A stretch of 20,000 bases of DNA from an uncultured virus (IMG/VR IMGVR_UViG_3300024279_000006) (lineage: Duplodnaviria > Heunggongvirae > Uroviricota > Caudoviricetes). The stretch spans positions 48,066-68,065 of IMG/VR virus record IMGVR_UViG_3300024279_000006; one strand, given 5' to 3'. The position numbers and the translations under genes were made by a program. Of this stretch, positions 8,657 through 15,732 are shown piece by piece (the stretch's first letter is position 1; the number at the start of each line of letters is the position of its first letter). Under the pieces are notes generated by a model. The model saw only the letters and a program-made list of their open reading frames with translations. It had not been told where the DNA came from and made no database searches.

Positions 8657-8952
8657 GACGCTATCTCCAATCGCCGGCGAATGTCTGGCAACGCATACCA
8701 TTCGCGGCAAATCCGCGCGTAGGTCGTGCAGGCTTCGCAATACGCTTCTTCCTGCAATTTCAACTCAATACAGTCTGTCCCAACATCTTCTGCGGCGCAC
8801 TGTTCCGGTACACCTGCTGGCCAATTAGCGGTAAGGAAGTCGGCAAACTGTTCTCCGTTGCGTGGTCGGTGCGCGCGGAGTTGGGCTATCGTGTCCTCTG
8901 CTGGCAGGTTCGTGCTGGTGAGTACTTCCGGTTCGATCTGTTCTTGATTCAT
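8653..8952 (-). CDS. Hypothetical protein
   Basis: 99 aa; GGAGG SD; ATGA overlap with the upstream gene. Confidence 0.7.
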   Translation of the reverse strand: MNQEQIEPEVLTSTNLPAEDTIAQLRAHRPRNGEQFADFLTANWPAGVPEQCAAEDVGTDCIELKLQEEAYCEACTTYARICREWYALPDIRRRLEIAS

Positions 8953-9233
8953 ATGCGGACAACCTCCAATCGGAAACTATCGGGACATACGAGCGTTACC
9001 ACTCCGGCGTTAAACTCGATCGTGCATCGGCAGTCGGCGGCCAACTCTTTGATCTTGCTGATGATGCGTTCCAATTTGCGGTCCTCTGCGAAAGTGCGCG
9101 GGTACTGGTTCGTTAAACGGTACACCGTCGAGCTGTATCGCATAAACCGCTGCGCTGCACTGTAATCAGTCGCCGGAGCGCGCCGGATTAGTTCGGCCAA
9201 AAACTTCTCTCGGTTGGAATGGGTAGCGGTCAT
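8949..9233 (-). CDS. Hypothetical protein
   Basis: 94 aa, in operon. Confidence 0.65.
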   Translation of the reverse strand: MTATHSNREKFLAELIRRAPATDYSAAQRFMRYSSTVYRLTNQYPRTFAEDRKLERIISKIKELAADCRCTIEFNAGVVTLVCPDSFRLEVVRI

Positions 9234-9238
9234 GGGTT

Positions 9239-9364
9239 TTAACGCGAGTATTTGTTAACCGTGAATCGCACAGCTACGACAAACCCGACGAAAAACACCA
9301 TCAAAAAAGCATCGGAAACAAAGGCTTGGTACACCGTTGCGGCTGCGTTGGAAAGTTCATTCAT
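9239..9364 (-). CDS. 41-aa single-pass membrane peptide
   Basis: Below track cutoff: MNELSNAAATVYQAFVSDAFLMVFFVGFVVAVRFTVNKYSR*; GGAG SD; first gene after the leftward promoter. Confidence 0.7.
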   Translation of the reverse strand: MNELSNAAATVYQAFVSDAFLMVFFVGFVVAVRFTVNKYSR

Positions 9365-9414
9365 TGGTTGGCTCCGTTTATCGTCTGACCGACGTATTGC
9401 TTACTTGCAAAGCG

Positions 9415-9443
9415 AATATCGCATTTCCACAAATACTTGTCAA
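9415..9443 (-). promoter_or_regulatory. Leftward sigma70-type promoter
   Basis: Minus strand TTGACA (9443-9438), 17-nt spacer ending in TGc, then GATATT (9420-9415). Confidence 0.65.
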
Positions 9444-9459
9444 GAGAAATCTACAGGTC

Positions 9460-9488
9460 TTGACAAAATAATTATGGTGGGGTACAAA
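9460..9488 (+). promoter_or_regulatory. Rightward sigma70-type promoter (probably leaderless transcript)
   Basis: TTGACA 9460-9465, 17-nt spacer, TACAAA 9483-9488; ATG 9494 follows after 5 nt with no SD. Confidence 0.65.
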
Positions 9489-9493
9489 GCCAC

Positions 9494-9679
9494 ATGGCCA
9501 AAGCAGGTAGACCACGTAAGGAAAAGACCAAAGTACTATACATTCGGCTCTCAGAAACAATAGCCAAAGCTCTTCAAAAGAAGGCCCAGAACGAACGGCG
9601 CGGCCTCTCCGATACAATCTCCATAATTCTCGAAGGTAAATCCACTCTGTATCCACCGGCCACCGATGCCAGACTTTAA
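9494..9679 (+). CDS. Ribbon-helix-helix (Arc/CopG-like) DNA-binding protein
   Basis: GRPRK, then KVLYIRLSETIAKALQKKAQNERRGLSDTISIILE: beta-alpha-alpha RHH pattern. Confidence 0.8.
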   Translation: MAKAGRPRKEKTKVLYIRLSETIAKALQKKAQNERRGLSDTISIILEGKSTLYPPATDARL

Positions 9680-10115
9680 GAAGAACGCGCGGGTGCGATT
9701 AAAATACGCCGTTGATACCGGCAAGCTAAAGCGCCTTCCTTGCGAAGTTTGTGGCGAGGTCAAGTCGGAAGGGCATCACGAAGATTACACACTTCCTTTG
9801 GAAGTCCGCTGGCTCTGTAAAAAGCACCACATAGCCGAACACCGTAAACATCTAAAGTCTAAGTGCCAACCGTTGCTTCGCAGGAAAACCTTTACTGAAG
9901 CAGAGTTGCCACTATTCATCTTGGCGCTGTCTGAGAAGTGTGGGTCGCAAAAAGACTTCGCTAAAAAAATGCGGATTTCACCGTCAATGCTGAGCGACAT
10001 GATCTCGGGACGCCGAAACGCTTCCGACAAATTCTTGGCGAAAATCGGACTAGAGCGCGTGGTGACTTACAGATACATAGTCAACTCGCTTCCTTTGCCC
10101 GTTTCAGCGGTCTAG
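9666..10115 (+). CDS. HNH-like domain fused to a Cro/C1-type HTH
   Basis: N-terminal PCEVCG...EGHHEDYTLPLEVRWLCKKHH; C-terminal SQKDFAKKMRISPSMLSDMISGRRNASDKFL. Confidence 0.75.
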   Translation: MPDFKKNARVRLKYAVDTGKLKRLPCEVCGEVKSEGHHEDYTLPLEVRWLCKKHHIAEHRKHLKSKCQPLLRRKTFTEAELPLFILALSEKCGSQKDFAKKMRISPSMLSDMISGRRNASDKFLAKIGLERVVTYRYIVNSLPLPVSAV

Positions 10116-10124
10116 TGGTACGAT
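10095..10124 (+). promoter_or_regulatory. Putative extended -10 promoter for terS
   Basis: TTGCCC-18 nt-TACGAT with a TGn extension; ATG 9 nt downstream, no SD. Confidence 0.45.
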
Positions 10125-10133
10125 TCCTTCATC

Positions 10134-10718
10134 ATGGGTCGGAAGTCTCATCACAAAGCGCGTGCCAGAATAGAATCCTTTGCCCGTCAGTATGTCATTC
10201 TTGATTGCAACGGAACTGAGGCTGCCATTGCCTGCGGTCTCTCTCGAAAGACAGCGGCTTTTCAGGCATCACGGCTGTTAAAGAATGCTCAAGTAAAGGC
10301 GGAAATTACCCGCATTTTGGCCGAGAGTAGAAAAAAGTTGGATTTTACGGTGGAACGCACGCTGAAACAGCTCACGCGGCACGCTTTTGCAGACCCGCGG
10401 CAAGCGTTTGACGCGAACGGGAAGTTAAAGAATATCTCGGAGATGGGCGCCGATATTGCTGCTTGCATCCATTCTTATGATGCGAAAACTGGCTCGGTTC
10501 GCTTCACGAATCCTCAGCAGGCGTTAGAGATGCTGGCCAGGTATCACAAGTTTTTTGCTGATGACCGCACACCAACAGATATGGGAGTCAAGATTATCGT
10601 ACTCGATTCCCCGCGGCCGCCGCGACTGGTTGGAGCTGGTGCTGCCCAACTGCCGCCGATCCAACATACCAATGGCAACGGGCATAAGAACGGCCACAAG
10701 ACCCCTAAAGACGAATAG
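10134..10718 (+). CDS. terS: Terminase small subunit
   Basis: FARQYVILDCNGTEAAIACGLSRKTAAFQASRLLKNAQVK...AFADPR...ALEMLARY: typical Terminase_2 pattern. Confidence 0.9.
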   Translation: MGRKSHHKARARIESFARQYVILDCNGTEAAIACGLSRKTAAFQASRLLKNAQVKAEITRILAESRKKLDFTVERTLKQLTRHAFADPRQAFDANGKLKNISEMGADIAACIHSYDAKTGSVRFTNPQQALEMLARYHKFFADDRTPTDMGVKIIVLDSPRPPRLVGAGAAQLPPIQHTNGNGHKNGHKTPKDE

Positions 10719-10748
10719 TTGCGTATCAGTACGTACTCATGCTACTGT
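10719..10748 (+). promoter_or_regulatory. Putative promoter with palindromic operator in its spacer
   Basis: TTGCGT-18 nt-TACTGT with TGc extension; the spacer holds ATCAGTACGTACTCAT (perfect 10-bp core AGTACGTACT, 10728-10737). Confidence 0.55.
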
Positions 10749-10754
10749 GTGCGC

Positions 10755-11210
10755 GTGCCAAAGATAGCTGTCACATTTAGCGAGGATGAGCTGGCGCAGG
10801 TACGCCGCGATGCGGGGCTGGTCCCGCTGAGTGCTTGGATTCGGAACTGCACCATAAAAACCCAGCCGGAGAGTGAGCAGTCAAATGGAAGTACGGCTAA
10901 TCAAAACGTGTCACGGGTTGCAGGAAGTTCGATTCCTGGACGGCGCGCTTCTGTCTCCGGGAATGACTCCATACGAAGTAAGCGAAGCTCGCTATTGGGC
11001 AAGAGGCGAGCGGTGGCTGACGGAATCATTGGCGCAACTACGGAAACTGATAAACCGCCGGACGGATCACTTGGACCTGAAACACTGGGGACGGTCCACA
11101 CAGCAACCAGCAACCGATTAACCTGCCTCTGTAATACCTGCTCGACCTGGCGCAAGAACAACGCTATCCCGCTCGGTGGACTGCCGAAGAAAGAGAAGGC
11201 CAAACGGTGA
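10755..11210 (+). CDS. RHH-like N-terminus, low-complexity linker, C-terminal CxCxxC
   Basis: GTG 10755: MPKIAVTFSEDELAQVRRDAGLVPLSAWIRNC; ends LTCLCNTCSTWRK. Confidence 0.65.
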   Translation: MPKIAVTFSEDELAQVRRDAGLVPLSAWIRNCTIKTQPESEQSNGSTANQNVSRVAGSSIPGRRASVSGNDSIRSKRSSLLGKRRAVADGIIGATTETDKPPDGSLGPETLGTVHTATSNRLTCLCNTCSTWRKNNAIPLGGLPKKEKAKR

Positions 11211-11458
11211 GTTTAAGAATGCGTAAGGTTGGGCTGGATGCGCTAAAAGGCAGGGAAGCCACAAATGCGATTAAGGCCATCGCAGCGGACACCAGATTCT
11301 CCGATTCGCGTGGCGCGGCAATGATGTATTTGACGATGGTCGCCTGCTCAAATAAAAACGGCATGATATTGTCCAAGGAGTACGAACTTTCAGAATTTAT
11401 GACTGTGCATTGGAAAGAATTGGAAAGAATGCTCGATGAGGTTTTGACGCGTGAGTGA
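11207..11458 (+). CDS. Hypothetical protein
   Basis: GTGA overlap with upstream gene; 83 aa. Confidence 0.65.
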   Translation: MSLRMRKVGLDALKGREATNAIKAIAADTRFSDSRGAAMMYLTMVACSNKNGMILSKEYELSEFMTVHWKELERMLDEVLTRE

Positions 11459-11693
11459 CCTAGACTTCGATCAACTAATCCACACAGCAGAAGGCAGACT
11501 GGTGATAGAAGTCCTGCAACAGCGTCGGCTCCCGCTGATGATCGCCATTCAGGATAAAGGGGAAGTCACGTTCTGGTATCCACCGACCGCGGTGCTGGCC
11601 GAAATGGAAAAGGATTCAGAGCGTTTGCTTGAATGGGTGCGGCTGCTCGAAGAACACGCGCGGCTGTTGCAGAATATGGCTCCGAAGCAATGA
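11451..11693 (+). CDS. Hypothetical protein
   Basis: 80 aa; GAGG SD; overlaps neighbours. Confidence 0.65.
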   Translation: MSDLDFDQLIHTAEGRLVIEVLQQRRLPLMIAIQDKGEVTFWYPPTAVLAEMEKDSERLLEWVRLLEEHARLLQNMAPKQ

Positions 11694-11788
11694 GAGAACG
11701 AAAGCGGCGAGACTTCCGTATCGTGCTGCCCGTCGCTTTACTTGCGGCCATTGGGGTTGTGTTGTTCCTGTGGGCCGCGCTGCCGTGA
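11690..11788 (+). CDS. 32-aa membrane peptide
   Basis: Below track cutoff: MRERKRRDFRIVLPVALLAAIGVVLFLWAALP*; ATGA and GTGA overlaps on both sides. Confidence 0.7.
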   Translation: MRERKRRDFRIVLPVALLAAIGVVLFLWAALP

Positions 11789-12408
11789 GAATCATGCGCT
11801 CCAAGTCCGGCGAGAAGCTCTACCGCAATATGACGGTGCGCGTAATCATGCCCGGACAGAAGGACGTAACCTGGCGCGCTCGGGCTAAACCTGGAACGGG
11901 TTACGGTTCAGAACAGTTAGACGAAATGCTTGAGCACGCGGTTAAGCGCGCCGATCAAATGTTCCCGTCTGTCGAGTTTCGGTTAGTCGAGTTGGCTCCG
12001 AATGATTTCAAATTCATTTACGAGGGGAGAAAAGGTATGCCAGAAAAGATTGCGAATCCGTGCGGGTTGTCGGCACAGAGTGCAGCTATCTCGGAGAAAG
12101 TCTGCTCTGTATCCGGCCACACAATCGGTGTGTATCAGGACGGGATTCAAATCACGTCACAGGGAGCCATTCCGAAGGCGATCAAGTTCTGTTCCAAGTG
12201 TGGCTTCGGGCTGAGTGAGATTCGCGGGGATATGGACTTGGTATTTCAGGATGCGGTACGCCAGACAGCCGCGGCGACGCTGGAAGCGAACAAGCCAAAG
12301 AACCCCGGCGACACTGCGCAACCCGGAGTTGGCCCGATTCCCATCAGCAACGCAAAGGATGCCGGCGACCCGCCACCAGAAAAGGCTAACGCAGCGACCG
12401 CTGATTGA
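11785..12408 (+). CDS. Hypothetical protein, possibly two fused units (Zn-ribbon-like C-terminal half)
   Basis: GTG 11785 overlaps the upstream TGA; internal in-frame ATG 12037 with strong SD; CSVSGH...CSKCG. Confidence 0.65.
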   Translation: MRIMRSKSGEKLYRNMTVRVIMPGQKDVTWRARAKPGTGYGSEQLDEMLEHAVKRADQMFPSVEFRLVELAPNDFKFIYEGRKGMPEKIANPCGLSAQSAAISEKVCSVSGHTIGVYQDGIQITSQGAIPKAIKFCSKCGFGLSEIRGDMDLVFQDAVRQTAAATLEANKPKNPGDTAQPGVGPIPISNAKDAGDPPPEKANAATAD

Positions 12409-12445
12409 CGTACACTACTTTTCGATACGCGGTAAGGCATGGCGT

Positions 12446-12498
12446 GCGGGAGATAGCTTTCCAGGACTGATCCTCCGAGGGACTGTCTCCCGTTTTTT
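12446..12498 (+). terminator. Intrinsic terminator-like stem with structured interior
   Basis: CGGGAGATAG (12447-12456) pairs with CTGTCTCCCG (12483-12492, one G-U), followed by T6. Confidence 0.6.
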
Positions 12499-12518
12499 AT
12501 TGTGATAGCATCCTTCCA

Positions 12519-13058
12519 ATGTCTTCGTCACGGAACAAAGTCCGAGTTTTAGCCCTAAAGCATCTTGGAAATAAGTGTGCCAACCCTGACTGTCGGTGGC
12601 AGAACGCAGACGGCTCTTTCGGCTGTGACGACCCGGACATGCTCCAGATCGACCATCCTTCCGGTAGTGGCAATATTGACCGCAAGACAAGGAATCTTCA
12701 CACCATTTACCGAGATGTTCTGAACGTGCCGCTTGGCACCTATCAACTACTTTGTGCAAACTGCAACTGGAAGAAACGGAAACTGAACGCAGAAGTTGTA
12801 GGACGACCCCACACCGAAGCGAACAAGCAACGTATTTCCAATGCACTTCGAGGGCGTATCAGAACAGCGGCGCATCGCGCCAATATATCTGCGGGTGGCA
12901 AAGGCAAGCATAGCGTCCCATGTCCCGAAGAAACGAAGCGAAAACTTTCAGCAATCCACAAAGGCCGCATAATTACGCCCGAATGGAGAGCCAAGATTTC
13001 AGCGACTAAGCGACTGCGCAACGCCGCCGCTCGCGGTCAAGCGGAATTACCCCTGTGA
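12519..13058 (+). CDS. HNH endonuclease with NUMOD3-type DNA-binding repeats (free-standing homing endonuclease)
   Basis: LGNKCANPDC...LQIDHP...YQLLCANCNWKK, then HTEANKQRIS, EETKRKLSAIHKG and TPEWRAKISA repeats. Confidence 0.85.
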   Translation: MSSSRNKVRVLALKHLGNKCANPDCRWQNADGSFGCDDPDMLQIDHPSGSGNIDRKTRNLHTIYRDVLNVPLGTYQLLCANCNWKKRKLNAEVVGRPHTEANKQRISNALRGRIRTAAHRANISAGGKGKHSVPCPEETKRKLSAIHKGRIITPEWRAKISATKRLRNAAARGQAELPL

Positions 13059-14689
13059 CCATAGAAGTACAAAGAGACGAAGGCTCGCGCAATATAAGCG
13101 ACTTTTATGTCCCGTGGGCGCACCAGATTGCCTTTCATATATCTCCAGCAAAATTCAGATTACAAGTTGGTGGATTCGGGAGCGGAAAGTCGAGACCGCT
13201 TTTAATGGAAGCGGTGTTCCATGCGCTTGAGTATCCTGGGAGCAACAGCATAATTTTACGCAAGACCATACCAGACATGAAGCGGACCGTGATTGACAAG
13301 TTCTTGGCGGACGTTCCGCGCTGGGTGTACGAGTTCTACCACCAGGGCGACCACATCGTTTACTTCCACCCGCAACCGGAGATCGGATTAGACGGCAAGC
13401 CGACAGGCAAGATGCTGCAAAGCAAACTGTTCTTTGGTGCCTGCGAACGGGAACAGGACGTTGGAAAGTATCTCTCCACTGAGTACGTCTTTATTGGCTT
13501 TGAGGAATTGGGCGAGTTCTCATTCGCCATTTGGGACGCGCTGGCCGGCCGCAACCGCTGCCCGATACCTGGCGCACGCGCAACGATGGGCGGCGCTACT
13601 AACCCGATGGGTATTGGTTGGTCCTGGATTAAGAAGCTCTGGAAAGACCATAAGCCAGTGCAGGGGATGGACGCGGACAAATACAACCCTGCGGATTATG
13701 AGTTCTTCCACTCGACGGTAGACCAGAATCCAATTTACGCGCAGGACACGGAGTACATCGCTACGCTTGAAAAGTCTCCACTGCGGGACAAGATCCGCTG
13801 GGGCAACATGGATTCCGTCTCCGGGCAATTCTTTGACAATTGGGAACCGAAGCGGCACGTCCGGCCAGCGTCAGACTTCCACTTTGAGGACTGGCAGCCA
13901 GTTTGGATTGGCTACGATTATGGATTCGGCCACTTCGCCTCAATCGTGTTTATGACTAAGGCTTTGCTCAAGCCGCGATGGGACGGTGAGAAGCCCCGCA
14001 TGGTTAACGTTGTAATCCAAGAATTGTGGATGCAGGAAAAGACTCCAGAGTTCCAGACTAACGCACTGGTCTCTTCTATCCCACGCTTTCAAGAACGACG
14101 AGAGATTGCCGCTGGCGAATCGTTTTTTGAGGAAGACCAAGCGAAATTTGAGCGGAGTCAGGAAGGCTATCGGTGGAATATCAGTTCAATCCATTTCTCC
14201 TGGGAGCGGTTCAATCGAACAGTAAGCAATCGTACCGTGGCTGATGAAGTCGGAGATATTCTAGCGGCCGCTGGATTGCCTCGCCCAACCCGTTCAAATA
14301 CTGATCGAATAGCTGGATGGCAGAAAGTCTACAGCCTTCTCGACTCTGATGAATTATTTGTCTTGAATACCTGTACTGCGGTGGCTGAAGCAATTCCAAT
14401 GTTAGTGCGAGACCCGATTCATTTGGAAGACGTTCAGAAACCAAAGGGAGTCAGTCTCAACGATGATTTGGGGGATGCCCTTCGCTATGCGGTGGCGGGG
14501 GCACTACTTGACCCTGAAGATAAACCAGAGCACATTAAAAAGCGAGAGAAATACGCTGCGATTACAGACCCGATGCGCCGCGCCGCTGTAATGTATAAGG
14601 ATTACAATCTAGAACGCGCCAAAGAGCGCAGGCCGCAGAAGCCAATTACAGTGCCGACTTGGTACAGAAGAGTTAAACCAAATGCGTAA
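13055..14689 (+). CDS. terL: Terminase large subunit
   Basis: Walker A GGFGSGKS, Walker B IGFEE, motif III ATNP, nuclease IGYDYG and DDLGDALRY. Confidence 0.93.
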   Translation: MTIEVQRDEGSRNISDFYVPWAHQIAFHISPAKFRLQVGGFGSGKSRPLLMEAVFHALEYPGSNSIILRKTIPDMKRTVIDKFLADVPRWVYEFYHQGDHIVYFHPQPEIGLDGKPTGKMLQSKLFFGACEREQDVGKYLSTEYVFIGFEELGEFSFAIWDALAGRNRCPIPGARATMGGATNPMGIGWSWIKKLWKDHKPVQGMDADKYNPADYEFFHSTVDQNPIYAQDTEYIATLEKSPLRDKIRWGNMDSVSGQFFDNWEPKRHVRPASDFHFEDWQPVWIGYDYGFGHFASIVFMTKALLKPRWDGEKPRMVNVVIQELWMQEKTPEFQTNALVSSIPRFQERREIAAGESFFEEDQAKFERSQEGYRWNISSIHFSWERFNRTVSNRTVADEVGDILAAAGLPRPTRSNTDRIAGWQKVYSLLDSDELFVLNTCTAVAEAIPMLVRDPIHLEDVQKPKGVSLNDDLGDALRYAVAGALLDPEDKPEHIKKREKYAAITDPMRRAAVMYKDYNLERAKERRPQKPITVPTWYRRVKPNA

Positions 14690-15179
14690 AATGTTGGACC
14701 TGAGCGGGAGAACATTCGGGAGATTGAAAGTTCTCTGGCCAGTTGGCAGAGTTCGGCATGTACGCTGGTTGACCGCTTGTGAGTGTGGCGCGATGCGAAT
14801 GGTTGCGAGCCACCATCTCGTAGCCGGTGGAGTACAATCCTGCGGTTGTTTGGTCCGCGATACGAGCCGCGAACTAATGAAACGTCTACCGCAGTTACGC
14901 CACGGCCACGCAATACACGGTAAAATCTCGCGGACCTTCCGAAGCTGGGATGCCATGCGCCAACGATGTTTGAACCCTAACTCAAATAAGTTTTCACGAT
15001 ACGGCGGTCGTGGGATTACAATCTGCAAGCAGTGGGATAGGTTCGAGACGTTCTTGGCCGACATGGGGCCACGTCCGATTAACATGACCATCGACCGAAT
15101 CAACAACGATGGAAATTATGAACCGGGAAATTGCCGGTGGGCTACACCGAAAGAACAAAGAGCGAATCGTTCTAATTGA
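14682..15179 (+). CDS. HNH-type homing endonuclease (YGGRGI family)
   Basis: DLSGRTFGRLKV...WLTACECG...SCGC...HGH...MRQRCLNP...YGGRGITICKQW...DRINNDGNYEPGNCRWAT. Confidence 0.9.
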   Translation: MRKMLDLSGRTFGRLKVLWPVGRVRHVRWLTACECGAMRMVASHHLVAGGVQSCGCLVRDTSRELMKRLPQLRHGHAIHGKISRTFRSWDAMRQRCLNPNSNKFSRYGGRGITICKQWDRFETFLADMGPRPINMTIDRINNDGNYEPGNCRWATPKEQRANRSN

Positions 15180-15187
15180 GGTGCCCA

Positions 15188-15403
15188 TTGGAAGACAAGC
15201 GCGAGCAAATCCGTAAAGCCCCCGACGCACGTCAACAACGCCAGTGGGCGCAAGAAGCGGAAAGAGAAAAAGCGGCCGCGTTTAACGCGATGACCATCGA
15301 AGAAAAGGAACAGGAGTACCGCGAGCGAGCCAGACTCTCAGTACTGAACCTGACGGCTCGGGACAAACGATTTCTGCAAGCGTTGAAAGTGAAAGGTGAT
15401 TGA
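15188..15403 (+). CDS. Hypothetical charged helical protein
   Basis: TTG 15188 after GAGG SD (track start 15176). Confidence 0.6.
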   Translation: MEDKREQIRKAPDARQQRQWAQEAEREKAAAFNAMTIEEKEQEYRERARLSVLNLTARDKRFLQALKVKGD

Positions 15404-15732
15404 TGGATAGGCGAAATTTCATGCGGTCGATACTTGGCGTTGCTGCCGCTACTGCGCTGCCGTCTGAGGTCTGGCCGTTTAGAAAGATATTCCTGCCAGC
15501 GGTTCCCCCGATTACTAATTTCTGGCTGCAAGCGTCGGGCATGGTGAATAATCCCAACGGCCTGTATCGCGTTACCGGAATATGCGTTCCGGCAATTGAA
15601 ATGCAAAATACAATGAATGAGTTTCTCCGCAATCTTGATGCTGTATTATTCAGCGATGGCTCAGGGCGACTTGAACAACCAGTATCATACAAAGACGGTA
15701 TTTGGCATTCGCAGCGAGGATTATTTACATGA
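15403..15732 (+). CDS. Protein with twin-arginine (Tat)-like N-terminal signal
   Basis: MDRRNFMRSILGVAAATALP resembles the S/T-RR-x-F-L-K consensus; AAAGGTGA SD. Confidence 0.65.
   Translation: MDRRNFMRSILGVAAATALPSEVWPFRKIFLPAVPPITNFWLQASGMVNNPNGLYRVTGICVPAIEMQNTMNEFLRNLDAVLFSDGSGRLEQPVSYKDGIWHSQRGLFT

Noticed and set aside
13055..14689. Intein or intron in terL
   Set aside because: Continuous 544-aa frame with all motifs and no splice-junction signatures; only short insertions.
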